Shown: positions 8,189 through 16,646 of the stretch, piece after piece
Layout of the letters: every line of letters begins with the position of its first letter
Numbering within the stretch: position 1 is the first letter of the stretch
NCBI GenBank assembly: GCA_027078545.1
Contig: JALWXN010000001.1
Span: 18,347-82,346 of the forward strand
From: Nitrososphaeria archaeon
Lineage (GTDB): Archaea; Thermoproteota; Nitrososphaeria; Geothermarchaeales; JDFR-13
Direction of reading: 5' to 3'
Length of the DNA stretch: 64,000 bases
Notes under the pieces: model-generated
What the model was told of the DNA's origin: nothing
The model's input: the letters and a program-made list of their open reading frames with translations, nothing else
Databases searched by the model: none
Made by a program: the position numbers and the translations under genes

Positions 8189-10813
8189 ATGGAGAGGGGG
8201 ATTACTAAGGAGGAGTTGTTGGCTGCTCTGGATCCTGACGTAGCCCGTTGGTTCTCGCGCTTCGAGGACCTGACTCCTCCCCAGAGGCTGGGTATACCCC
8301 ATATAATGGCGGGTAGGAATGTACTTATCACCTCCCCCACGGGTTCTGGCAAGACGTTGACGGCCTTCCTATACATCCTGAGCGAGCTATATAAGATGGC
8401 TAAGAGGGGCGAGCTTAGGGACACGGTATACGCCGTGTATGTCTCGCCCCTGAGGTCCCTCAATAATGATATACGTAGGAATCTTGAGACCCCGCTTAGA
8501 GAGATATCTGAGATGATATCCGCCGATGGCCGTGAGCCTCCTGAGATTAGGGTTGATATCAGGACTGGGGATACGACTCAGAGTGAGAGAAGCAGGATGC
8601 TCCGTAAGCCGCCCCATATACTCATCACTACACCGGAGTCTCTAGCCCTGATAATCACAGCCCCGAAGTTTAGGGAGAGGCTTAGGAGTGTTAGGTGGGT
8701 CATTATAGATGAGGTCCATAGCCTCTGTGAGAATAAGAGGGGTGTACACCTCGCCCTCTCCCTGGAGCGGCTGGAGGAGCTCGTTGATGGCCCGTTGAGG
8801 CGTATAGGCCTCTCCGCAACTATACATCCCTTGGATGAGGTGGCTAGGTATCTGGTTGGCTATAACGATGACGGGTCGCCCCGTGAATGCGTCATTGTCG
8901 ACGCCCGTTTCGTTAAGGAGATGGATCTCCGACTATACTCCCCGGTTAAGGATCTGATCTACACCGATAGTGAGGAGAAGAATAGGGCTCTCTATATGTT
9001 CCTCAAACGGGTTATCGATAGCCATAGGACAACTCTCATCTTCACCAATACGCGTAGCGGTGCTGAGAGGGTGGCGTACCACCTGGTGAAGTATGGGATC
9101 GTTAGGGAGGATGAGCTCGGTGTCCATCATAGTAGCCTCTCTAGGGAGGTTAGGTTTGATATTGAGGAGAAGCTTAAGAGGGGTGAGATACGCTGCGTAG
9201 TGACTAGTACGAGTCTGGAGCTGGGGATAGATATCGGCTATATAGACGCCGTTGTCCAGATAGGGTCTCCTAAGAGTATTAACAGGGGGCTCCAGAGGAT
9301 CGGTAGGAGTGGGCATAGCCTTGACCGTGTCTCGAAGGGGTATTTCGTTGCCCTGGATCTTGACGACCTGGCTGAGGATGGGGTCTTGATATCCGAGGCC
9401 TATAGGAGTAGGCTCGACCGTGTCTATATCCCTATGAAGCCCCTCGATGTTCTTGCTCAGCATATAGTTGGTATGGCCCTCGAGAGGAGGTGGCGTGTGG
9501 AGGATGCCTTTAGGGTTGTTAGGAGGGCCTATCCCTATCACGACCTATCGATGGAGGAGTTCCTAGACGTCCTCAGGTATCTAAGTGGTAGGTATGGGCT
9601 TGAGGACTATAGGGTGTATGGGAAGATCTGGTTCGACGAGGAGACTATGGAGTTTGGTAGGCGTGGCCGCTACCTGAGGCCTATCTACTTCATGAATATA
9701 GGCACTATACCCGAGAACATGAACCTCGTAGTGTATCATGGGAGGCGGAGGATCGGGTTGTTGGAGGAGGAGTTCGTCGAGCATCTGGATGTGGGTGACA
9801 TCTTCGTCCTCTCTGGTAGGACCTACCGCTTCCTCGGGGTTAAGGGTGATAAGGTATATGTAGAGCCCGCCGATGGTAGGAAGCCCACAGTCCCTACGTG
9901 GATCTCCGAGATGCTCCCCCTCTCCTTCGACCTGGGAGAGGCCCTATCGAGATATAGATATGTGATCTATAGGATGGTGAGTAGTGGGCATCGCGAGGGT
10001 GCCAGACGCTTCATAAAGCGGTTTATGAGGGCGGATGACTGGGCAGCGGATAACCTGGTCAGGTATATAGAGGCTCAGGCGGGTTATCTCAGGAGCCTCG
10101 GTGTAGATGTCTTCCACTCCCCTAGGGATATACTTGTTGAGAGGTATCTCGATAGGGGGGAGAACCTGCTATACCTGATCTTCCACGGCGTCTTCGGTAG
10201 GAGGGCTAACAGTGTCCTGGCGAAGGCCTATGCCTATAGGGCTAGGGAGGCGTTGGGGACTAGTGTGAAGGTCTTGGTGGATGACCATGGCTTCGGGATA
10301 GGCTATCCCAGTGAGCTTATGGATAGACTGGATGTCGAATGGCTTGTGAGGAGTATAAGGAGTGATGAGCTTAGGGATGTGGTCACAGCCTCGATAATGA
10401 GTAGCCACTATATCAGGCGGATATTTAGACACGTGGCTAACCGTGGGCTCATGATCCTCCGGTACTACAAGGGTAGGAAGACGAGGCTCACTAGGCAGCA
10501 GCTGAATAGTGAGGCGATCTTCGAGTTTGTCCGTAGGATCAGGGACTTCCCGCTCCTCAGGGAGGCTGTGAGGGAGGTCATCGAGGATAAGATGGACGTA
10601 GCTAGTGCCGAGTCTGTATTGAGGGATGTGGAGACTGGGAGGAGGCGCTTCGTGATACTACCCATTAGTGATGTGCCCTCCCCATTCGCCCATGGATTGC
10701 TCCTGAGGGGTATGGAGGACGTGGTCTTGATGGAGGATAGGGTTAAGATCCTCCAGAGGTTTTATAACATGCTGTGGCTTAAGATTGGTGGGAATGGCGA
10801 TAAAGCTGTATAG
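8189..10813 (+). CDS. lhr: Lhr-type superfamily 2 ATP-dependent DNA helicase
   Basis: 874 aa. Motif I 'TSPTGSGKT', motif II 'DEVH', 'SAT', 'TSTSLELGIDIG', 'QRIGRSGH', and a long Lhr-type C-terminal region. Confidence 0.9.
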   Translation: MERGITKEELLAALDPDVARWFSRFEDLTPPQRLGIPHIMAGRNVLITSPTGSGKTLTAFLYILSELYKMAKRGELRDTVYAVYVSPLRSLNNDIRRNLETPLREISEMISADGREPPEIRVDIRTGDTTQSERSRMLRKPPHILITTPESLALIITAPKFRERLRSVRWVIIDEVHSLCENKRGVHLALSLERLEELVDGPLRRIGLSATIHPLDEVARYLVGYNDDGSPRECVIVDARFVKEMDLRLYSPVKDLIYTDSEEKNRALYMFLKRVIDSHRTTLIFTNTRSGAERVAYHLVKYGIVREDELGVHHSSLSREVRFDIEEKLKRGEIRCVVTSTSLELGIDIGYIDAVVQIGSPKSINRGLQRIGRSGHSLDRVSKGYFVALDLDDLAEDGVLISEAYRSRLDRVYIPMKPLDVLAQHIVGMALERRWRVEDAFRVVRRAYPYHDLSMEEFLDVLRYLSGRYGLEDYRVYGKIWFDEETMEFGRRGRYLRPIYFMNIGTIPENMNLVVYHGRRRIGLLEEEFVEHLDVGDIFVLSGRTYRFLGVKGDKVYVEPADGRKPTVPTWISEMLPLSFDLGEALSRYRYVIYRMVSSGHREGARRFIKRFMRADDWAADNLVRYIEAQAGYLRSLGVDVFHSPRDILVERYLDRGENLLYLIFHGVFGRRANSVLAKAYAYRAREALGTSVKVLVDDHGFGIGYPSELMDRLDVEWLVRSIRSDELRDVVTASIMSSHYIRRIFRHVANRGLMILRYYKGRKTRLTRQQLNSEAIFEFVRRIRDFPLLREAVREVIEDKMDVASAESVLRDVETGRRRFVILPISDVPSPFAHGLLLRGMEDVVLMEDRVKILQRFYNMLWLKIGGNGDKAV

Positions 10814-11546
10814 GGGGCTATACATAGCGGATCCATGGCCAGCCGCATATATCGAGGATATGGACGCCCTCGTATTCTCAGATCTACACCTGGGTATTGA
10901 GGGTACGCTTGAGGAGGAGGGGGTCTTCCTACCCAGGGGTGTGAGTAGGGCTACCGCCGATATAGTCTTCTCGGCAATAGAGGATTATAGGCCGTCAACG
11001 GTCGTCTTCGACGGTGATCTTAAGCACTCCTTCGGGCTTCTTAAGACGAGTGAGTGGAGGGAGCTTAGGAGCTTCTTCGAGAGGCTTAGGGATGTGTATC
11101 GTCTCCAAGTGTATGTGGTGAGGGGGAACCATGACAACTATCTAGGTGTCCTGCTGGACCGGTTTGGATACAAGTTCTTCGAGAGGCTTGATGGTGAGTG
11201 GTATACTATTATCCATGGCCACGAGGATGTGGATCCAGATGAGCTTAGGGAGGTCGTGATACTTGGCCATGAGCATCCTAGCATCGTACTGAGGGACGAG
11301 GCTGGTGGTAAGTATAGGTTTAAATGCTTCCTATGGGGGGACTATGGGGAGAAGAAATTCCTCGTCCTACCCCCCGTATCCGAGTTGTCTGGGGGGAGTA
11401 ACTATGCGAGCTATGAGTTGATGAGGCCTATGTCGCCCATACTTAGGAGGTTTGATATGGGGGTGATGAGGCCCTACGCCATCGTTGTCGGTGAGGCTGT
11501 TATGGAGCTGCCTCCCCTTAGGGAGCTCGGCTCCGTGATGGGGTAA
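10794..11546 (+). CDS. Lhr-associated metallophosphoesterase (MPE)
   Basis: Calcineurin-like phosphoesterase motifs 'FSDLHLG', 'DGDLKH', 'GNHD', 'HGH', 'GHEH'. The ATG at 10794 is preferred over the track's TTG at 10785. It overlaps the lhr 3' end by 20 nt. Confidence 0.8.
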   Translation: MAIKLYRGLYIADPWPAAYIEDMDALVFSDLHLGIEGTLEEEGVFLPRGVSRATADIVFSAIEDYRPSTVVFDGDLKHSFGLLKTSEWRELRSFFERLRDVYRLQVYVVRGNHDNYLGVLLDRFGYKFFERLDGEWYTIIHGHEDVDPDELREVVILGHEHPSIVLRDEAGGKYRFKCFLWGDYGEKKFLVLPPVSELSGGSNYASYELMRPMSPILRRFDMGVMRPYAIVVGEAVMELPPLRELGSVMG

Positions 11547-11625
11547 GGTGATAACCTAGGGGGTCGTCGGAGTATATAGATACTATTCTAAAAAACCGGG
11601 CTGGAATACTATACCTAATCCACTG

Positions 11626-12672
11626 GTGAATACTATGAGGCCCACCAGGGAAGTGGGGATCTACGGCTATGGTGCGTATATCCCTAGGTACATCATAGAG
11701 AATAGGGATATAGCTGATCTCTGGGGGCGTGACGCCACTCCTATAAAGTCTAAGAGCTTTCCTAGCTACGACGAGGACACGATAACGATTGCCTATGAGG
11801 CCGCGTTGAGGGCTATAGAGTCCTCAGGCGCCGATCCATCTCTGATCGGGGCGGTCTTCATAGGGAGCGAGTCTAAGCCCTATGCTGTCAAGCCTTCGGG
11901 TACTGTGGTGGCGGAGGCCCTAGGCCTGGGTAGGAACATATTGTCGGCCGACTATGAATTCGCCTGTAAGGCTGGTACTGAGGCTATGCAGACTGTTTTT
12001 GGCCTTGTCTCCTCGGGTATGATCAGGATGGGTCTAGCTATAGGTGCTGATACTGCCCAGGGTAGGCCTGGTGATGAGCTTGAATATACTGCTGCAGCGG
12101 GTGGTGCAGCCTATATAATCTCAAGGGTTGAGGATGGTGTGTTGGCTAGGCTAGAGGCTTCCTACACATATGTCTCGGACACCCCCGACTTCTGGAGGAG
12201 GAGTCTGGAGGAGTATCCCCGTCATCTCTATAGGTTTACGGGTGAGCCGGCCTATTTCCACCACATCATGTCGAGTGTGAAGGGACTCTTCGAGGAGTAT
12301 GGCTACAGCCCCTCCGACTTTAAGTACGCGGTCTTCCACCAGCCAAACTATAAGTTCCCTACCCGTGTAGCCAAGAAGCTGGGCTTCACTATGGATCAGA
12401 TAAAGCCTGGGCTGGTGGTGGCCCTTGTAGGGAATACTTATAGCGGCTCGAGTCTACTTGGGCTTGCAGCCACCCTCGACGTGGCGGAGCCGGGTGACAA
12501 GATACTGCTCGCATCCTTCGGCTCCGGCGCTGGTAGTGACTCGATGGTCTTCGAGGTGACTGATCTCATTGAGGAGAGGAGGATGAGGCCCCCGGTCTCC
12601 AAGCTTATCTCTAGGATGATTCCGGGTGACTATGCGACCTATGCGATGTTTAGGGATATCCTGAGGAGGTGA
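11626..12672 (+). CDS. Archaeal hydroxymethylglutaryl-CoA synthase
   Basis: 348 aa. Thiolase-fold condensing enzyme with catalytic Cys context 'DYEFACKAGT', 'FHQPN' and 'GNTYSGS'. First gene of the conserved HMGCS/thiolase/DUF35 trio. Confidence 0.85.
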   Translation: MNTMRPTREVGIYGYGAYIPRYIIENRDIADLWGRDATPIKSKSFPSYDEDTITIAYEAALRAIESSGADPSLIGAVFIGSESKPYAVKPSGTVVAEALGLGRNILSADYEFACKAGTEAMQTVFGLVSSGMIRMGLAIGADTAQGRPGDELEYTAAAGGAAYIISRVEDGVLARLEASYTYVSDTPDFWRRSLEEYPRHLYRFTGEPAYFHHIMSSVKGLFEEYGYSPSDFKYAVFHQPNYKFPTRVAKKLGFTMDQIKPGLVVALVGNTYSGSSLLGLAATLDVAEPGDKILLASFGSGAGSDSMVFEVTDLIEERRMRPPVSKLISRMIPGDYATYAMFRDILRR

Positions 12673-13829
12673 GCCTCATGGGTATGCCTGTAATAGCTGG
12701 GTATGGCTTCACCCGGGTGGGTGAGCATTGGGATAGGGGTTTGAAGGACTTGTCGCTGGAGGCTATTGAGAAGGTCTTCGAGGGCATGTCCTCGGTTGAG
12801 ATAGATGCTATATATGTGGGGACGGCCCTCTCAGGGTTCTACGAGCTACAGCTCTCACTGGCTAGCCACATAGCAGACCTGATAGCGAGGTTCGACGCAT
12901 CTGTATCCAACTTCGAGGCTGGCGCGGCCTCCTCGGCCCAGGCTTTCTACAACGCCGCTCTCGGGATACTCTCTGGGATGTATAAGGCGGTCCTGGTTGG
13001 TGGTGTTGAGAAGATGAGTGATGAGCTTCCCGCCCCTAACTATAGGGGTGTCTCACTGGTGGAGGATAGTTTCCTCGTGAACTATTCGGGCATGACCGAG
13101 ATCGGTCTCCACGCCCTCCTAGCAAAGATGTATCTCTCGGAGTATGGCCTCGAGGAGCCATTGTACTCATACCTCCCGGTAAATGAGCATGAGAATGCGT
13201 CTAGGGCTGGGCATGCACAGTTTAGGAATAGGATTACGTATGACATGGTTAGGTCGGCATCGCCCGTCTCTGATCCCTTGACGATCTTCGATGTGACTGC
13301 TCCTGGGGATGGGGCGGCCTATATACTGTTGATGGATAGGGAGTATGCCGACTCGCTGGGGGTTGAGTATGTCAAGCTCCTTGGTATGGGTGCGGCTGGG
13401 CAGCCAGCCAATCTCTTTGACAGGGCCTCGCCCCTATTCTTCTCTGCCAGTTCGAGGGCTGTTGAGAAGGCTCTTGAGAAGGCTGGTGTGGAGACTGAGG
13501 ATATTGGTCTGCTGGAGATGTATAACCCCTCATCGATCTCGGGCGTCCTCGTCCTGGAGTCTCTAGGACTGGCCGATAAGGGTGGTGCTGGGAAGCTATT
13601 GGAGAGGGGATACTTCTCACTCTCTGGTGAGCTGCCTGTGAACACCTTCGGGGGTGCCAAGGCCAGGGGTGATCCTAAGGGTGCCACTGCTGCGTATCAG
13701 TTGGCCGAGGCCGCTATGCAGCTCCTTGGCAGGGCTGGTGATAACCAGGTTGATGGTGCTGAGTATGCCCTCGTCCACTCTATGGTGGGCCTGGATATAT
13801 CTGCATATGCCTTTGTCCTGGGGGTGTAG
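12669..13829 (+). CDS. Acetyl-CoA C-acetyltransferase (thiolase)
   Basis: 386 aa. Thiolase-like 'GAASSAQAF', 'VGGVEKMS' and C-terminal 'NTFGGAKARGDPKGATA'. Overlaps the upstream gene by 4 nt. Confidence 0.85.
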   Translation: MSLMGMPVIAGYGFTRVGEHWDRGLKDLSLEAIEKVFEGMSSVEIDAIYVGTALSGFYELQLSLASHIADLIARFDASVSNFEAGAASSAQAFYNAALGILSGMYKAVLVGGVEKMSDELPAPNYRGVSLVEDSFLVNYSGMTEIGLHALLAKMYLSEYGLEEPLYSYLPVNEHENASRAGHAQFRNRITYDMVRSASPVSDPLTIFDVTAPGDGAAYILLMDREYADSLGVEYVKLLGMGAAGQPANLFDRASPLFFSASSRAVEKALEKAGVETEDIGLLEMYNPSSISGVLVLESLGLADKGGAGKLLERGYFSLSGELPVNTFGGAKARGDPKGATAAYQLAEAAMQLLGRAGDNQVDGAEYALVHSMVGLDISAYAFVLGV

Positions 13830-13832
13830 GGG

Positions 13833-14216
13833 ATGACGGAGGTTAGTGACTGGAGGTTTAGGAGGTATAGGTATAGGCTTATAGGGAGTAGGTGTAGGGA
13901 GTGTGGTGAGACCTCATACCCTCCACGTAGGCGCTGCTCTAGGTGTGGAGGGGCTACCGAGGAGTATCAGCTGCCGAGGAGGGGTAGGGTGGTTCACTAC
14001 ACCCTGTTGAAGGCCCTCCCCACTAGGTATAACCATTATAGGCCGTATTTCCTCGCCGTCGTGGAGCTCAGTGATGGTACTAGGGTTATCGGTATGCTTA
14101 CCGATGTGGATGAGCCTAGTGAGGGTATGGAGGTCGAGGCTACCCTTAGGAAGCTCTATACCTATGGCGAAGATGGCAAGATCATCTATGGGGTGAAGTT
14201 TAGGCCGGTGCTCTAG
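13833..14216 (+). CDS. DUF35 OB-fold/zinc-ribbon protein (scaffold of the thiolase/HMGCS complex)
   Basis: 127 aa. Zinc ribbon 'CRECGETSYPPRRRCSRCGG' followed by an OB-like region. Position as third gene of the trio. Confidence 0.85.
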   Translation: MTEVSDWRFRRYRYRLIGSRCRECGETSYPPRRRCSRCGGATEEYQLPRRGRVVHYTLLKALPTRYNHYRPYFLAVVELSDGTRVIGMLTDVDEPSEGMEVEATLRKLYTYGEDGKIIYGVKFRPVL

Positions 14217-14827
14217 AGGTTCTCACCCATCTTCTTCTCCTCAAATTTTTTGAGGGCCCACCTGATCTTCCCTATTGTATCCCTCCTCCTAGCCACCTCT
14301 CCATGGTCTACAACCTCTATCCTTGTTACTATCCCGTCCTCATCCAGTATGTGGAAGGAGAACCTCTTGTCCTTCGGCCTCTTCCCCTCATCGATCTCCC
14401 TCATATCCTTGGACATCTCCTCGGTTAGGCGTGGCTCTAGGAAGCGTGTAACTAGTGTGTCGTCGACCCTGAAACCAAAGGACTTGTCTATCCTGACTAC
14501 CACTGCGTGTGGGTAGTGATCCACCCAGGCCACTGGTCTGCCCCTGCTTACCCATAGTATCTCTGTTCTGAGGGGCTTCTCCTGCTGTGGCTTGGTCTCG
14601 ATACTTGTCTCGGCCCACTCCGTCTTCATGGGTTCTCTTGGCTCCGGCCTCTCCGCGCCTAGTGGCTTTATCTTGTCTGCTGGTGAGAAGGACTTCTCGG
14701 TTATCATGTCCTCCAGAGCCTTGAGGAAGCGGTTTATCCTCCGGAGCTCCTCCTCCAGTTCCTCCCTACGCTTCTCTAGGTATTGGCGGAGCTCCTCTAC
14801 GTCGTCTATCCCAGCCATCTTGACCAT
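14213..14827 (-). CDS. Hypothetical protein with N-terminal coiled coil
   Basis: 204 aa. N-terminus 'EELRQYLEKRREELEEELRRINRFLKALEDM' has heptad character. TATA-like 'CCTATTTATCA' lies about 25-30 nt upstream on the minus strand. Confidence 0.5.
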   Translation of the reverse strand: MVKMAGIDDVEELRQYLEKRREELEEELRRINRFLKALEDMITEKSFSPADKIKPLGAERPEPREPMKTEWAETSIETKPQQEKPLRTEILWVSRGRPVAWVDHYPHAVVVRIDKSFGFRVDDTLVTRFLEPRLTEEMSKDMREIDEGKRPKDKRFSFHILDEDGIVTRIEVVDHGEVARRRDTIGKIRWALKKFEEKKMGENL

Positions 14828-14959
14828 ACAGTATTAGAGCATTATGTGGGTGATAAATAGGCATGCCAAGGGGTTAGGAGGGTTCTGTATAGGATATGGA
14901 TACTGTATAGCCTGGATCCAGGGCTTTATATAAAGGGAGGAGAGAGAAGGGTGCTGGTT

Positions 14960-15247
14960 CTAGGCGGTCTGCTCTAGGACTATCTCGATGGTTGAGACCT
15001 TCCTGGGAGGCTCGCCGACCTCCTCGGTGTCGATCTTGCAGCTGGTCACCTCTACCTTGCCGCCTAGGAGCCTCCTCTTCACTATCTGGGCTACGTCGAC
15101 AGCCTTGGAGATGGCCTTACCCCTGGCCTTGAGTACGACGACCTTGTTGCCGACGTCGAACTGGAGGAGCACTGCTAGGACGTAGTTCATCACTGACTTC
15201 TTCCCGATGAAGATTACGTTCTCACCCTCGGCGCTCATGGTGATCAC
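14960..15247 (-). CDS. albA: Chromatin protein Alba (Sso10b family)
   Basis: 95 aa. 'IFIGKKSVMNYVLAVLLQF..VVVLKARGKAISKAVDVAQIVKRR' and 'VSTIEIVL' match the Alba family. Confidence 0.9.
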   Translation of the reverse strand: MITMSAEGENVIFIGKKSVMNYVLAVLLQFDVGNKVVVLKARGKAISKAVDVAQIVKRRLLGGKVEVTSCKIDTEEVGEPPRKVSTIEIVLEQTA

Positions 15248-15307
15248 CGTTGATTGTTATGTATTTAGATAAGGGGGGAGGGTATATAAATGGTTCCCGT
15301 GAGGCGG

Positions 15308-15622
15308 CTAGATGTCTACCTCCCTATCCTCCATCTCGGCTAGGAGGAGCCACTTGACGGGTATGGGGTCGAAGTCGTCTCGGTATATAAGCTTCCTCTT
15401 TATCGAGAGTGGTAGGACCCCGCTCTCAAGCTCCTTTATGGCTATGTCTATACTCGTCATCCCCTTCTCAGCCTTTATGAAGGGCTCGGCTCCATAGTCT
15501 ATCTGTACAGCCCTTATACCTATTATCCTGGCCCGCTCATATGCGGTTAGCTTGGGCGGGCCGATTGTTATCAGGTCTTTATACCTTATCTTACGCTTCT
15601 TCTCTGTTGTCATCTCGGGCAT
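15308..15622 (-). CDS. rpoK: DNA-directed RNA polymerase subunit Rpo6 (RpoK)
   Basis: 104 aa. 'LTAYERARIIGIRAVQI..GA' is the Rpo6/RPB6 core motif. The true start may be the downstream ATG (MTTEKK...), given how close the TATA box is. Confidence 0.85.
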   Translation of the reverse strand: MPEMTTEKKRKIRYKDLITIGPPKLTAYERARIIGIRAVQIDYGAEPFIKAEKGMTSIDIAIKELESGVLPLSIKRKLIYRDDFDPIPVKWLLLAEMEDREVDI

Positions 15623-15682
15623 CGGAATAATTTATATAGGGACACTTTAAAAATGTTTTGACCCGGTGTATCAATAGGTTGT

Positions 15683-16063
15683 TTGGACATGCCCTCAGAT
15701 AACAGGACGATGTATAGAGTCGTTGTGGAGAATCTGGGGGAGGCTGTACTGGCGCTCGACAATGATAGGGGCTTCTCCATAATATCGGAGCTCGAGTTGA
15801 AGGGGGAGGTGCAGACCTACGCCGTGAGGAGGGGTGAGGTGGTGGTTATACCCCTGGGGGTGGAGAAGGGGCTCAGGGGTCTCCCAGGGGTCTTCACGGC
15901 TGGTAAGGTTCTCTACACACCTATTGACGATGGCTTCGCCATTGTTCTTGAGGACTTCAAGAGTCTGGAGCAGAACTATGTGGAGATAGGTGAGGTTGTG
16001 GAGGGCCTGGATCTGCTTCGGGGTTTGGAGGGGGTTAGGAGGGTTGTTGTTAAGCGGCTTTGA
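15683..16063 (+). CDS. Hypothetical protein (possible cyclophilin-like fold)
   Basis: 126 aa. The only hint is 'IGEVVEGLDLLRGLEG', which resembles the cyclophilin 'fG.VveGmdvv..ie' segment. Weak evidence. Confidence 0.4.
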   Translation: MDMPSDNRTMYRVVVENLGEAVLALDNDRGFSIISELELKGEVQTYAVRRGEVVVIPLGVEKGLRGLPGVFTAGKVLYTPIDDGFAIVLEDFKSLEQNYVEIGEVVEGLDLLRGLEGVRRVVVKRL

Positions 16064-16358
16064 CTGGTACGTATACCTCTAGCTCCCGGTTCTTGAGCTC
16101 CAGCCGTATAAGCCCCTGGTTCTCAAGCTCCTTCAGGAATCTCCTGGCCTCGCTTATCTTTATCTCGGCCTTCCTCGAGACCATGGAGGGTGTTACGTAT
16201 TTAGAGCTCTTGATGAAGCCTATCAGCTCCTTCCTAGTCGCCTCGTCTATAATCACTCCATACTCAACCTTCCTGACCTCCTCCTTCTCACTCCTCCTCT
16301 TCTTGCCTTCGAGCATCTTCTTGAGCTTACTTATTGTCGGCTTTTTCTGTCCACCCAT
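16050..16358 (-). CDS. rps25e: 30S ribosomal protein S25e
   Basis: 102 aa. Lys-rich N-terminus followed by a winged-helix part 'KYVTPSMVSRKAEIKISEARRFLKELENQGLI'. Confidence 0.9.
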   Translation of the reverse strand: MGGQKKPTISKLKKMLEGKKRRSEKEEVRKVEYGVIIDEATRKELIGFIKSSKYVTPSMVSRKAEIKISEARRFLKELENQGLIRLELKNRELEVYVPVKAA

Positions 16359-16466
16359 CTATACCACCCTATCTACACCCTATAGGGGCTTTGGGTATAG
16401 ATAAATAGGAATAATGTTGGTTTGTGGGTAGGGACAATATCGGTAAAAAGGTTGGTCCAGGCCTAT

Positions 16467-16559
16467 CTACCTGAACTCTGGCCTGAACTTGAAGTACCAT
16501 GTGGCATGTATTGCCGACATGCCTATCTCGAGCTTCTCGATCTCCTTCTTCATCCTCAT
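16467..16559 (-). CDS. Candidate 30-codon small ORF (MRMKKEIEKLEIGMSAIHATWYFKFRPEFR)
   Basis: Below the ORF-track cutoff. It is preceded on the minus strand by 'AAAAGTTTATAAATAGG' (BRE/TATA-like, 16587-16603) about 30-40 nt upstream, and by 'GGAGGAGGTG' immediately before the ATG. Confidence 0.25.
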   Translation of the reverse strand: MRMKKEIEKLEIGMSAIHATWYFKFRPEFR

Positions 16560-16586
16560 CACCTCCTCCTGACTCTGGATAAGTAA

Positions 16587-16603
16587 CCTATTTATAAACT
16601 TTT
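16587..16603 (-). promoter_or_regulatory. BRE/TATA-like promoter element
   Basis: The minus strand reads AAAAGTTTATAAATAGG, positioned about 30-40 nt upstream of the small-ORF ATG at 16559. Confidence 0.4.
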
Positions 16604-16646
16604 CTGTTGTGACGGGCCGTTCTAGATGTATGTAATCCGGGGGTTT

